Positions 13,565-25,624 of a stretch of DNA of 64,000 nt are shown here, piece by piece. The DNA comes from Felis catus. Its lineage: Eukaryota. The notes under the pieces are model-generated. The model made no database searches, had not been told where the DNA came from, and saw nothing but the letters and a program-made list of their open reading frames with translations. Both the position numbers and the translations under genes were made by a program. The first letter of the stretch is position 1; every line of letters begins with the position of its first letter. The DNA lies in NCBI RefSeq assembly GCF_018350175.1, contig NC_058368.1:160768001-160832000 (forward strand), read 5' to 3'.

Positions 13565-14060
13565 TTTTATTTTATTTTTTATTTTTTAAAAAATACATCC
13601 AAGTTAGTTAGCATATAGTGCAACAATGATTTCAGGAGTAGATTCCTTAAAGCCCCTTACCCATTTAGCCCATCCCCCCTCCCACAACCCCTCCAGTAAC
13701 TTTCAGTTTGTTCTCCGTATTTATGAGTCTCTTCTGTTTTGTCCCCCTCCCTGTTTTTATATTATTTTTATTTCCCTTCCCTTATGTTCATCTGTTTTGT
13801 CTATTAAAGTCCTCATATGAGTGAAGTCATGATTTTTGTCTTTCTCTAATTTCACTTAGCATAATACTCTCCAGTTCCATACACGTAGTTGCAAATGGCA
13901 AGATTTCATTCTTTTTGATTGCTGAATAATACTCCAGTGTATATATATATACCAAATCTTCTTTATCCATTCATCTGCTGATAGACATTTGGGCTCTTTC
14001 CATACTTTGGCTATTGTTGATAGTGCTGCTATAAACATTGGGGTGCATGTGTCCCTTCGA
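13565..14060 (-). mobile_element. 5'-truncated carnivore LINE-1 3' end
   Basis: ORF2 C-terminus [18 protein letters not shown], 3'UTR and T-rich tail on the + strand. TSD agtgattttctttttt at 13549-13564 and 14061-14076. Confidence 0.92.
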
Positions 14061-14754
14061 AGTGATTTTCTTTTTTCTGTTGAGGCACATTAAAAATTTT
14101 ATTTTTCTTACTTGTATTGGATATTTAATTGTGTTGTTTTTGTAGTGTTACAATTTTTTAGGGATATAGCTGTCCTGAATGCAGTGAGATAAATAATCAC
14201 CACTTTATACAATAGAAAAAAATATACATAATAGCATATCTTTTGATCCACTATGTAGTGATAATGTTGGGTGTTGATATTGATATGCCATTATTTGTAA
14301 AGTTAACTCATTCAGATGGAAGTAGCACTTTATAAGTATCAGGAGTTTTCCATGGTTCTTACTGCCTTTATAGTCTAGTCCATATTAATATTTCTGAAAC
14401 TCAATTTATAACCGCCTCTGAAGTTATTTTAAAGAGATATGTATGATTTTTTAACAGTAATTACATACTTGAAAATTTGAATCATGCTTTAGAACAAATC
14501 AGAATTTGTTAGATGCCATTATTTTTATGCATAGTGATTTCTCTCTATATATAGTCTAAGAAAACATGTAAGAAAGTAAAAAATAACAGTAGACACTACA
14601 CATCTGTCAACCTAAAAACAACAAAATAACTGGAATTTATCTACATAATTATTTTCCCAGACTATCTTAAATACTGAATTTTGCGGGGATTGTATAAACA
14701 TCACTATCTATCATTTTATAATTACACAGTGCTTAAACTTTTGCTTGTATGCAG

Positions 14755-14900
14755 TATTTCCAGAGCAGAAATTTGTATTTGTTCACGGGGCTGCTCATTC
14801 AGTCTTATTCAACTAGAAGAGAAGTAACTTCCTCTCTGTTATGCTCTATTGGACACTATTTGGCAAGTGTTTTTCAACAAGCTTCACCCTATTCCTAAAA
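14755..14900 (+). pseudogene. MROH-like exon remnant
   Basis: ttttgcttgtatgcag acceptor. REVTS(frameshift)LCYALLDTIWQVFFNKLHPIPK versus MROH2B [27 protein letters not shown]. Donor degenerate. Confidence 0.65.
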
Positions 14901-15153
14901 GAATCAGGCATTCTCTAGACAGACGAAAGACAGTAAATCAACTATAGTGTTAATCAATAAAAGTCATCAGCCTCTGAAGCAAAACCTGTCTATTGTAATA
15001 TATAACAACTAGCTCTTAGGTGGACTTTAAAATACAGCTTAAACAGTGAACAGAGTTGCTCTGCTATGCTATTTTTTCCACTTTATTCCAAGTAACATTA
15101 GAATTTCAGATGAGACTAGAGTTTAAACAGATTGTTTGACAGTATGTGCACAG

Positions 15154-15242
15154 ATGAGTATGAAAAGAATATGGAAAAGAACAAAAGAAGCAATGGAAAT
15201 TGTGAAAAAAATATTCTATGCAATGTGATGTAATGAAAGAAA
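15154..15242 (+). pseudogene. MROH-like exon remnant
   Basis: MSMKRIWKRTKEAMEIVKKIFYAM*CNER versus MROH2B [22 protein letters not shown], ungapped. gtaagc donor; TGA at 15226. Confidence 0.75.
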
Positions 15243-15326
15243 GTAAGCCCTGCAGTATAATTCCAAATAGGACTTTGCATGTGAAATAAAAATCTGGTTT
15301 TTTTGTGGCTTGTGTGCCATCCAAAG

Positions 15327-15374
15327 ATTTTATCTAATTTCCACATCATTTTCTGTTGGGTAATTTCTCATCCT
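15327..15374 (+). pseudogene. MROH-like exon remnant (48 nt)
   Basis: ccaaag acceptor and gtaagt donor, 84-bp intron from the previous exon. In the continuing phase it reads FYLISTSFSVG*FLIL versus MROH1 FLLGRTPDRVATLLPL. Confidence 0.7.
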
Positions 15375-15923
15375 GTAAGTAACTGTTGATTTGTTGATAC
15401 AGTTCTATTTCCTTATGAAAATTTATATTTGCTTGAATTATTTGCAGCTTAGGCTTCAACAACATATGTTTTCAAATTAATTGATTTCATGAGGTACTTA
15501 AATTAGAAAAACTAGAATGAGGATCTAACATTGAATAATTAAACAAATTATTAAATTAAAGAAATCGTTAAATTAAGGATATTATTAAAGAATTTACTAA
15601 ATAAGATTTAAAATAGGTATGTTTTGAGGATGTTTGGGGAGAAAAAAATTAAAATCAAAAATATCAAAATCTCCAGTGAACCCATGTAATAAAGAGTAGA
15701 TGAACATTTATTTGGGACATATATTATTTTTATAAGTTATTTAAAAATTTTTATCATGAGAAATACAATTATTTTAACTGCTTTCTAATGTAATGAACTC
15801 CTCTAATGCTAAATACAAAAATTTTAATGGAAAGTTATTTATAAAATTAAATGTCTGTGATAATTACACTTATGATTATCAAAATTTCTAATAGTATTCA
15901 ACTTAATAAAATAACATTAAATA

Positions 15924-16140
15924 GGGGCTTCTGGGTGGCTCAGTCGGTTAGGCATCCAACTTCGACTTAGATCATGATCTCACAGCTAGTGAGTTCGAGG
16001 CCCTTGTCAGGCTCTGTGCTGACAGCTCAGAGCCTGGAGCCTACTTCAGATTCTGTCTCTGTCTCTCTTTGCCCCTCCCCTGTTCATGCTCTGTTTCTCT
16101 CTCTCTCTCTCAAATATAAATATTTAAAATTTTCTTAAAA
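15924..16140 (+). mobile_element. SINEC
   Basis: ggggcttctgggtggctcagtcgg head, CT tract and tail. Confidence 0.94.
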
Positions 16141-16727
16141 AATCATAAACATACAAAGATTTCTAAATGTTAAATCTCTAATATTGCTAAGCCAGAATGG
16201 AATAAAACAATAACTATGACAAAAACAACTAATACCATTGTTTACTTTATAACATGTATATATTTTTTGACATGTAGTCTCTACATTGCAAGTCTGTAAG
16301 TAGTCTTATATTTGAAAAACAAAACATAAAACTTTAGGGTATATTTGGCAATATTCTTGCATCTGATCTTCAATTATCTAGAACCCATAGGAAGCAAGAT
16401 ATGTTTCAGACTAAAGGACTCATATGAACAATAGTCGGTTTGGGGAGTAGGGGGATGTAAAGTAAAAAAACATTTGCTGTGATGATCCCCTTATATCACT
16501 AGCTACTTAACAACTAGGTGGAAAGAAGCACTGGGAGTAGCAAAATGCTTGCAGTGTTGTATCTGCTGGTTGGTTCAGGCACAGGAGAGCTAGGGACCTC
16601 TCACCTGTTGGGACCTCATAACCTGTCTCTTGAAGGAGCTGTGCCAGCATTAAGCACTAAACTGTATTAACTCCAAACAACATCACAATTGGAGTATGGA
16701 ACAAAGTTGTGTATTGTGATTTGTCAG

Positions 16728-16789
16728 ATTAAGACCTGATGATGGCTGAAGTTCAGGAGTTATACTGTGGAATTGCTGTTTTGGTTACT
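16728..16789 (+). pseudogene. MROH-like exon remnant (limits approximate)
   Basis: DLMMAEVQELY(+1 frameshift)VELLFWLL versus MROH1 AVLELYPQLFVVLL and MROH2B VTGLYPELFTLLL. Confidence 0.7.
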
Positions 16790-16832
16790 GTAAGATTCCT
16801 CAATTAAGGATTCAGTTAACTTACTTATTTGA

Positions 16833-17035
16833 GGGGTGCCTGGGTGGATTAGTTGGTTAACCCACTGACTTGGGCTCAGGTCAAGACCTCATGGTTCATG
16901 GGTTTGAGCCCGGTATAGGGTTCTCTGCCACCGGTGCAGAGCGCTCTTCGGATCCTTTGTCTCCCTCTCTCTCTGCCCCTACCTCCATCATGCATTCTCT
17001 CTCTCTATCTCAAAAATAAATAAACATTAAAAAAA
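16833..17035 (+). mobile_element. SINEC
   Basis: ggggtgcctgggtgg head; flanks share ttacttattt. Confidence 0.93.
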
Positions 17036-17106
17036 TAGTTACTTATTTTTGTAATCAAGGGATATATGTAAAATCTGATAATATATGTATAGATATTCAT
17101 ATTCAG

Positions 17107-17178
17107 TGTCTAACAGTTGATATGTATCCTCTATTCCACTTTCCAAGAGATTCATTTCTTGGTCTTTTTCTACTACAC
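17107..17178 (+). pseudogene. MROH-like exon remnant (may start near 17060)
   Basis: CLTVDMYPLFHFPRDSFLGLFLLH versus MROH2B WTLLSSPSTHHIGVCSLA, with L, P, G and L in register. Confidence 0.65.
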
Positions 17179-17232
17179 GTGATAGCCTCCAGGCTTCTAG
17201 AAAAAAAATGGTCTGTAAACATGTTCTTGCAG

Positions 17233-17407
17233 AGAGACCAAGTGTTGTCTAGAAAGTATTTACAAATCAGATTGTTGAGTGTTTGTTTAATGATCTTATA
17301 CTTCTCAGAAACAAGCTCTTTTAAAGCATGTTTATTCACTCCTTAATATGATATAAAGCCTTGTTTGAAATAAGACTAATGGAGTTTAATTCTCCATCGC
17401 TGCTAAA
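17233..17407 (+). pseudogene. MROH-like exon remnant
   Basis: ttcttgcag acceptor and AA|gtgatt donor. RPSVV*KVFTNQIVECLFNDL...SMFIHSLI*YKALF versus MROH2B [22 protein letters not shown]...AAFFSELMKEPILW. Confidence 0.7.
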
Positions 17408-17576
17408 GTGATTGTAAACTTTCACTTAACAATATTACGTCAGCTTTTTCTGGGTTAAGAAATGGGCCCAGCTAATAGTTGAATCTTAATTACTTTCCTT
17501 ACTATAGTTCTCTCTTTTCACACATTTAACCATTTAGAATCACTGTGAATTACTCATTTATGTTGGTGTATGGCTT

Positions 17577-17805
17577 TTATTTTTTTTTAATTTATTCACT
17601 TTTGAGAGAGAGTGAGAGAGGAGAGAGAGAGAGAGGGAGGGAGGGAGGGAGTGAGGAGGGGCACAGAGACAGGGGGACAGAGGATCTGAAGCGGGCTCTG
17701 CACTGACAGCAGCGAGCCTGATGTGGGGCCCAAACTCACAAACCACGAGATCATGATCTGAGCTGAATTTGGATGCTCAACTGACTGAGCCACCCAGGTG
17801 TCCCT
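17577..17805 (-). mobile_element. SINEC
   Basis: AG tract and ctgagccacccaggtgtccc head. Confidence 0.93.
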
Positions 17806-17814
17806 GATGTGTAC

Positions 17815-17940
17815 TTTTTATTTTATTTTTATTATTTTTATTTTTTTAATTTATTTTTAATATAATGTATTGTCAAATTGGCTAACATACAGTGTGTACA
17901 GTGTGCTCCTGGTTTTGGGGTTAGATTCCTATGATTCATT
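17815..17940 (-). mobile_element. Short LINE-1 3'-terminal fragment
   Basis: T-rich tail followed by tattgtcaaattggctaacatacagtgtg, similar to the 3' ends at 18870 and 43176. Confidence 0.75.
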
Positions 17941-19078
17941 GTTTATAATACCTCCAGGCAGGCAGAGTTTTTTACTAGTTTTCACTGTCATGTTCTCTCT
18001 GTGGCACTTGGAACACATGAGTCAGCAACTGCTTTCAACATCATTTGGACAGTTCACATCCAAGGTCACAGGGTAGTAAGCTTAATTATAAGACTTAAAC
18101 TTCTATCATGAGACCAGTAATTTTTTGTCTTGGTTGTTAAACTCTACAAAAATAACGTGTCTTTTCTGTCCCAGCAATTGAGTTAGTTATTTACTGTTTC
18201 AACTTGGATAGCTGACTGACAAACCCTAGGGGTTTCTAAAAAGTCTATAATACAAGTGTTAACAACCATGCTTTAAACTTCTAACTTGAGTATAAAATGA
18301 CTGTAAATGATGATAAATCTCAGTGTGTGTGATATGACCGATTTATAGTGTCAAAGCACAGTCTTCTGAGGCTGAATCCTGTCTGTCATGTATTTAAAAA
18401 TAAAAGCTCTGAAAACTCCAGAGTGTAAAATGAAACTTAAGAAAGATCTTGATAATATAAATCTCCCTGAAACTTGTGAAAATAATTTCCTTATTTAATT
18501 TTATCTCCCCTTTTCCCATTATCATCAGCAATGAAAGTAGCTTTAAGTGAAACAGTGAAATACACTAACACTTTCATATCAATTCTGATGGAAATGCCTT
18601 CTTAAGCAAATTTCTTATTAAGTTGGATACCATGATGGCCATACCCTTTATTTACAGTAGTATTTCAATTATTGTTTTAGTAGTAATATTTCATTTCTAT
18701 ACTTTTCATTCCTTCATACAGAGTTGGAGTAATAAACATGTATTATAAAGAAAGGGACACACGAGAGCAGAAAACTAGTTGTAGTATTTTTATTATGTGC
18801 TATATGATAATCCATTATTTGTTTGTTTTCGGTGTATTTTATTTTATTTATTTATTTTTTTATGAAATTTATTGTCAAATTGGTTTCCATACAACACCCA
18901 GTGCTCATCCCAAAAGGAGCCCTCCTCAGTACCCATCACCCACCCTCTCCTCCCTCCCACCCCCCATCAACCCTCAGTTTGTTCTCAGTTTTTAACAGTC
19001 GCTTATGCTTTGGCTCTCTCCCACTCTAACCTCTTTTTTTTTTTCCTTCCCCTCCCCCATGGGTTCCTGTTAAGTTTC

Positions 19079-22000
19079 TCAGGATCCACATAAGAGTGAA
19101 ACCATATGGTATCTGTCTTTCTCTGTATGGCTTATTTCACTTAGCATCACACTCTCCAGTTCCATCCACGTTGCTACAAAAGGCCATATTTCATTTTTTC
19201 TCATTGCCACATAGTATTCCATTGTGTATATAAACCACAATTTCTTTATCCATTCATCAGTGGATAGACATTTAGGCTCTTTCCATAATTTGGCTATTGT
19301 TGAGAGTGCTGCTATGAACATTGGGGTACAAGTGGCCCTATGCATCAGTACTCCTGTATCCCTTGGATAAATTCCTAGCAGTGCTATTGCTGGGTCATAG
19401 GGTAGGTCTATTTTTAATTTTCTGAGGAACCTCCACACTGCTTTCCAGAGCGGCTGCACCAATTTGCATTCCCACCAACAGTGCAAGAGGGTTCCCGTTT
19501 CTCCACATCCTCTCCAGCATCTATAGTCTCCTGATTTGTTCATTTTGGCCACTCTGACTGGCGTGAGGTGATATCTGAGTGTGGTTTTGATTTGTATTTC
19601 CCTGATAAGGAGCAACGCTGAACATCTTTTCATGTGCCTGTTGGCCATCCGGATGTTTTCTTGAGAGAAGTGTCTATCCATGTTTTCTGCCCATTTCTTC
19701 ACTGGGTTATTTGTTTTTCGGGTGTGGAGTTTGGTGAGCTCTTTATAGATTTTGGATACTAGCCCTTTGTCCGATATGTCATTTGCGAATATCTTTTCCC
19801 ATTCCGTTGGTTGCGTTTTAGTTTTGTTGGTTGTTTCCTTTGCTGTGCAGAAGCTTTTTATCTTCATAAGGTCCCACTAATTCACTTTTGCTTTTAATTC
19901 CCTTGCCTTTGGGGATGTGTCGAGTAAGAGATTGCTACGGCTGAGGTCAGAGAGGTCTTTTCCTGCTTTCTCCTCTAAGGTTTTGATGGTTTCCTGTCTC
20001 ACATTCAGGTCCTTTATCCATTTTGAGTTTATTTTTGTGAATGGTGTGAGAAAGTGGTCTAGTTTCAACCTTCTGCATGTTGCTGTCCAGTTCTCCCAGC
20101 ACCATTTGTTAAAGAGGCTGTCTTTTTTCCATTGGATGTTCTTTCCTGCTTTGTCAAAGATGAGTTGGCCATACGTTTGTGGGTCTAGTTCTGGGGTTTC
20201 TATTCTATTCCATTGGTCTATGTGTCTGTTTTTGTGCCAATACCATGCTGTCTTGATGATGACAGCTTTGTAGTAGAGGCTAAAGTCTGGGATTGTGATG
20301 CCTCCTGCTTTGGTCTTCTTCAAAATTACTTTGGCTATTTGGGGCCTTTTGTGGTTCCATATAAATTTTAGGATTGCTTGTTCTAGTTTCGAGAAGAATG
20401 CTGGTGCAATTTTGATTGGGATTGTATTGAATGTGTAGATAGCTTTGGGTAGTATTGACATTTTGACAATATTTATTCTTCCAATCCATGAGCAGGGAAT
20501 GTCTTTCCATTTCTTTAAATCTTCTTCAATTACCTTCATAAGCTTTCTATAGTTTTCAGCATACAGATCCTTTACATCTTTGGTTAGATTTATTCCTAGG
20601 TATTTTATGCTTCTTGGTGCAATTGTGAATGGGATCAGTTTCTTTATTTGTCTTTCTGTTGCTTCATTGTTAGTGTATAAGAATGCAACTGATTTCTGTA
20701 CATTGACTTTGTATCCTGCAACTTTGCTGAATTCATGTATCAGTTCTAGCAGACTTTTGGTGGAGTCTATCGGATTTTCCATGTATAATATCATGTCATC
20801 TGCAAAAAGCCAATTTTTTGATGCCTTTTATTTCCTTTTGTTGTCTGATTGCTGATGCTAGAACTTCCAGCACTATGTTAAACAACAGCGGTGAGAGTGT
20901 CCTGATCTCAGGGAAAAAGCTCTCAGTTTTTCCCCGTTGAGGATGATGTTAGCTGTGGGCTTTTCATAAATGACTTTTATGATCTTTAAGTATGTTCCTT
21001 CTATCCCGACTTTCTCAAGGGTTTTTATTAAAGGGTGCTGGATTTTGTCAAAGGCCTTTTCTGCATCGATCAACAGGATCATATGGTTCTTCTCTTTTTT
21101 TTTTTGTTAATGTGATGTATCACGTTGATTGATTTGTGAATGTTGAACCAGCCCTGCATCCCAGGAATGAATCCCACTTGGTCATGGTGAATAATTCTTT
21201 TTATATGCCGTTGAATTTGATTTGCTAGTATCTTATTGAGAATTTTTGCATCCATATTCATCAGGGATATTGGCCTGTAGTTCTCTTTTTTTACTGGGTC
21301 TCTGTCTGGTTTAGGAATCAAAGTAATACTGGCTTCATAGAATGAGTCTGGAAGTTTTCCTTCCCTTTCACCTTCTTGGAATAGTTTGAGAAGGATAGGT
21401 ATTATGTCTGCTTTAAACGTCTGGTAGAACTCCCCTGGGAAGCCATCTGGTCCTGGACTCTTATTTGTTGGGAGATTTTTGATAACCGATTCAATTTCTT
21501 CACTGGTTATGGGTCTGTTCAAGGTTTCTATTTCCTCCTGATTGAGTTTTGGAAGAGTGTGGATGTTCAGGAATTTTTCCATTTCTTCCAGATTGTCCAA
21601 TTTGTTGGCATATAATTTTTCATAGTATTCCCTGATAATTGTTTGTATCTCTGAGGGATTGGTTGTAATCATTCCATTTCATTCATGATTTTATCTATTT
21701 GGGTCATCTCCCTTTTCTTTTTGAGAAGCCTGGCTAGAGGTGTGTCAATTTTATTTACTTTTTCAAAAAACCAACTCTTGGTTTCGTTGATCTGCTCTAC
21801 AGTTTTTTTAGATTCTATATTGTTTATTTCTGCTCTGATCTTTATTATTTCTCTTCTTCTGCTGGGTTTAGGCTGCCTTTGCTGTTTTGCTTCTATTTCC
21901 TTTAGGTGTGCTGTTAGATTTTGTATTTGGGATTTTTCTTGTTTCTTGAGCTAGGCCTGGACTGCAATGTATTTTCCTCTCAGGACTGCTTTCGCTGCGT

Positions 22001-22859
22001 CCCACAGCATTTGGATTGTTGTATTTTCATTTTTGTTTGTTTCCATATATTTCTTAATATCTTCTCTAATTGCCTGGTTGACCCACTCATTCTTTAGTAG
22101 GGTGTTCTTTAACCTCCATGCTTTTGGAGGTTTTCCAGACTTTTTTCTGTGGTTGATTTCAAGCTTCATAGCATTGTGGTCTGAAAGTATGTATGGTATA
22201 ATTTCAATTCTTGTAAACTTATGAAGGGCTGTTTTGTGACCCAGTATATGATCTATCTTGGAGAATGTTCCATGTGCACTCGAGAAGAAAGTACATTCTG
22301 TTGCTTTGGGATGCAGAGTTCTAAATACATCTGTCAAGTCCATCTGATCCAATGTCTCATTCAGGGCCCTTGTTTCTTTATTGACCGTGTGTCTAGATGA
22401 TCTATCCATTTCTGTAAGTGGGGTGTTAAAGTCCCCTGCAATTACCACATTCTTATCAATAAGGTTGCTTATGTTTATGAGTAATTGTTTTATATATTTG
22501 GGGGCTCCGGTATTCGGCGCATAGACATTTATAATTGTTAGCTCTTCCTGATGGATAGACCCTATAACTATTATATAATGTCCTTCATCTCTTGTTACAG
22601 CCTTTACTTTAAAGTCTAGTTTGTCTGATATAAGTATGGCTACTCCAGCTTTCTTTTGGCTTCCAGTCGCATGATAAATAGTTCTCCATCCCCTCACTCT
22701 CAATGTAAAGGTGTCCTCAGGTCTAAAATGAGTCTCCTGTAGACAGCAAATAGATGGGTCTTGTTTTTTTATCCATTCTGATACCCTATGTCTTTTGGTT
22801 GGCGCATTTAATCCATTTACATTCAGTGTTATTATAGAAAGATACGGGTTTAGAGTCAT
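19079..22859 (-). pseudogene. LINE-1 ORF2 (endonuclease/reverse transcriptase), disrupted
   Basis: Endonuclease motifs LNVNGLN, GDFN and SDHN; FADD retained; C-terminal HCWWECK. Split into five ORF-track pieces by a stop at 21951, frameshifts and small deletions. Confidence 0.95.
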
Positions 22860-22909
22860 TGTGATGTCTGTATGTTTTATGCTTGGAGTGATGTCTCTGG
22901 GACTTTGTC

Positions 22910-23803
22910 TCACAGGGTCCCCCTTAGGATCTCTTGTAGGGCTGGTTTAGTGGTGACAAATTCCTTCAGTTTTTGTTTGTTTGGGAAGACCTTTAACTCT
23001 CCTTCTATTCTAAATGACAGACTTGCTGGATAAAGGATTCTCGGCTGCATATTTTTTCTGTCTAGCACCCTGAAAATCTCGTGCCAATTCTTTCTGGCCT
23101 GCCAAGTTTCAAAAGAGAGGTCAGTCACAAGTCTTATAGGTCTCCCTTTATAAGTTAGGGCACGTTTACCCATTGCTGCTTTCAGAATTTTCTCTTTATC
23201 CTTGTATTTTGCCAGTTTCACTATGATATGTCGTGCAGAAGATCGATTCACGTTACGTCTGAAGGGAGTTCTCTGTGCCTCTTGGATTTCAATGCCTTTT
23301 TCCTTCCCCAGTTCAGGGAAGTTCTCAGCTGCTATTTCTTCAAGTATACCTTCAGCACCTTTCCCTCCTTCTTCCTCCTCTGGGATACCTATTATGCGTA
23401 TATTATTTCTTTTTAGTGTATCACTTAGTTCTCTAATTTTCCCCTCATACTCCTGGATTTTTTTATCTCTCTTTTTCTCAGCTTCCTCTTTTTCCATAAC
23501 TTTATCTTCTAGTTCACCTATTCTCTCCTCTGCCTCTTCAATCCGAGCCGTGGTGGTTTCCATTTTGTTATGCATTTCGTTTAAAGCGTTTTTCAGCTCC
23601 TCGTGACTGTTCCTTAGTCCCTTGATCTCTGTAGCAAGAGATTCTCTGCTGTCCTCTATACTGTTTTCAAGCCCAGCGATTAATTTTATGACTATTATTC
23701 TAAATTCACTTTCTGTTATATTATTTAAATCCTTTTTGTTCAGTTCATTAGCTGTCGTTATTTCCTGGAGATTCTTCTGAGGGGAATTCTTCCGCTTGGT
23801 CAT
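22910..23803 (-). CDS. LINE-1 ORF1p, 297 aa, uninterrupted
   Basis: MTKRKNSPQKN... with coiled coil, RRNNIRIIGIPE-like motif (KRNNIRIIGIPE), ARKNW and YPASLSF, ending ILRGTL*. Confidence 0.93.
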   Translation of the reverse strand: MTKRKNSPQKNLQEITTANELNKKDLNNITESEFRIIVIKLIAGLENSIEDSRESLATEIKGLRNSHEELKNALNEMHNKMETTTARIEEAEERIGELEDKVMEKEEAEKKRDKKIQEYEGKIRELSDTLKRNNIRIIGIPEEEEGGKGAEGILEEIAAENFPELGKEKGIEIQEAQRTPFRRNVNRSSARHIIVKLAKYKDKEKILKAAMGKRALTYKGRPIRLVTDLSFETWQARKNWHEIFRVLDRKNMQPRILYPASLSFRIEGELKVFPNKQKLKEFVTTKPALQEILRGTL

Positions 23804-24789
23804 TTTGGATAGTCCCTGGCATGGTGAGGACCTGCAGGGCACTTCCCCTGTGCTGTGGTGTATAACTGGAGTTGGTGGGAGGAGCCACAGTCAGACCTGA
23901 TGTCTGCCCCCAGCCCACCGCTGGGGCCACACTCAGACTGGTGTGTGCCTTCTCTTCCCCTCTCCTAGGGGCGGGATTCACTGTGGGGTAGCGTGGCCTA
24001 TCTGGGCTACTTGCACACTGCCAGGCTTGTGATGCTGGGGATCTGACGTATTAGCTGGGGTGGGTAGGCAAGGTGCACAGGGGCAGGAGGGGCAGGCTTA
24101 GATCGCTTCTCCTTAGGTGATCCACTTCAAGAGGGGCCATGTGGCAGCGGGAGGGAGTCAGATCCGCTGTCGGAGGTTTGGCTCCACAGAAGCACAGAGT
24201 TGGGTGTTTGCGCGGAGCGAGCAAGTTCCCTGGCAGGAACTGGTTCTCTTTGGGATTTTGGCTGGGGGATGGGCGGGGGAGATGGTGCTGGCAAGCGCCT
24301 TTGTTCCCCACCATACTGAGCTCTGTCGTCAGGGGGCTCAGCAGCTCTCCCTCCCTTTGTCCTCCAGCCTTTCCGCTTTCCGAGCAGAGCTGTTAACTTA
24401 TGACCTCTCAGATGCTAAGTCGCACTTGTTGTCAGAACACACCCGTCTGCCCCCTCTGCTTTTGCCAGCCAGACTCGGGGGCTCTGCCTGGCCGGCAGGC
24501 TGCCCCTCCACCCTGGCTCCCTCCCGCCAGTCCGTGGAGCGCGCACCGCCTCGCCGCCCTTCCTACCCTCTTCCGTGGGCCTCTAGTCTGCGCTTGGCTC
24601 CGGAGACTCCGTTCTGCTAATCCTCTGGCAGTTTTCTGGGTTATTTAGGCAGGTGTAGGGGGAATCTGAGTGATCAGCAGGACGCACGATGAGCCCAGCG
24701 TCCTCCTACGCCGCCATCTTCCGATAATCCATTTTTTTATTCAAGCAATCTAAGTAAAATGAAAATGAACCATTAAAAATAAAATTGAG

Positions 24790-25011
24790 GGGCGGGGCGC
24801 CTGGGTTGCTCAGTCAGTTAAGCGTCCGACCGGCTCAGGTCATGATCTCATGGTTTGTGAGTTCGAGCCCCATGACAGGCTCTGTGCTGACAGCTCAGAG
24901 CCTGGAGCCTCTTCAGATTCTGTGTCTTTCTGTCTCTCTGCCCCTCCCCTGTTCACACCCTGTCTCTCTCTTTCAATAATAAATAAAGGTTACAAAATTA
25001 AAATTTAAAAA
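24790..25011 (+). mobile_element. SINEC
   Basis: TSD aaataaaattgag. Confidence 0.94.
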
Positions 25012-25067
25012 ATAAATAAAATTGAGCAAATATTAGAAATCAAAATTAAAATTCCTTCTGAATAACT

Positions 25068-25261
25068 CTCTTTTATTGATTCTTTTTAAAAAATTTTTAT
25101 AATGTTTATTTTTGAGAGTGAGGCAGAGACAGAGCATGAGTTGGGGAGGGGCAGAGAGAGAGGGAGACACAGAACCTGACATGGGACTCAAACTCATGAA
25201 CTGCAAGATCATGACCGGAGCTGATGTTGGACACTTAACTGATTGAGCCACCCAGGCACTG
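25068..25261 (-). mobile_element. SINEC with internal deletion
   Basis: TSD ctgaataact; lacks the segment between the two cacaga motifs. Confidence 0.92.
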
Positions 25262-25292
25262 CTGAATAACTTGATTTTAATATATTAACTAT

Positions 25293-25388
25293 TAAGTAAA
25301 TGGATTAGAATTAGTATATTTAGAATTTGGTAAAGATTGTTAAGTAAATGGATTAGAATTAGTATATTCAGAATATGGTAAAGATTGT
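25293..25388. repeat. 48-bp tandem duplication
   Basis: taagtaaatggattagaattagtatatttagaatttggtaaagattgt twice, with 2 mismatches. Confidence 0.95.
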
Positions 25389-25442
25389 TTCAAGTTAGTG
25401 GATTGAGCACTATGACAGGCAGCCTTTTCTTCTGTATCTAAG

Positions 25443-25621
25443 TGATAAAGTCACTCAATGGCCCAGATTTCATGAGGCATCTCTGAAAAATGGCCAGTGG
25501 ATTAGATAATATTGAAGAAGTTAACAAATTTTTTCTAAGTATATAGGATGATATACTGGGGGAAAAAATGATTGGTCACAGATACTCAAAAACTAGAAGT
25601 AATATCTCCAGACAGAGGAAG
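25443..25621 (+). pseudogene. MROH-like exon remnant
   Basis: ccttttcttctgtatctaag acceptor and AAG|gtaact donor. DKVTQWPRF(fs)[28 protein letters not shown] versus MROH2B [39 protein letters not shown]. The TGA at 25484 sits where Gly is expected. Confidence 0.8.
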
Positions 25622-25624
25622 GTA

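Larger units (their letters stand above)
18821..24722 (-). mobile_element. Near-full-length felid LINE-1 (L1_Fc-like), about 5.9 kb
   Basis: 5' end GGAAGATGGCGGCG, CpG-rich 5'UTR, ORF1, disrupted ORF2, 3'UTR and A-rich tail. TSD gataatccatt(a/t)ttt at 18806-18820 and 24723-24737. Confidence 0.97.

Noticed and set aside
18817..18862. Possible short 3' transduction (ACACCG within the L1 A-tail)
   Set aside because: Too short to distinguish from tail decay.
25293..25388. CRISPR-like or other repeat-spacer array
   Set aside because: Only two adjacent copies with no spacer; the window is mammalian and has no cas-like ORFs.
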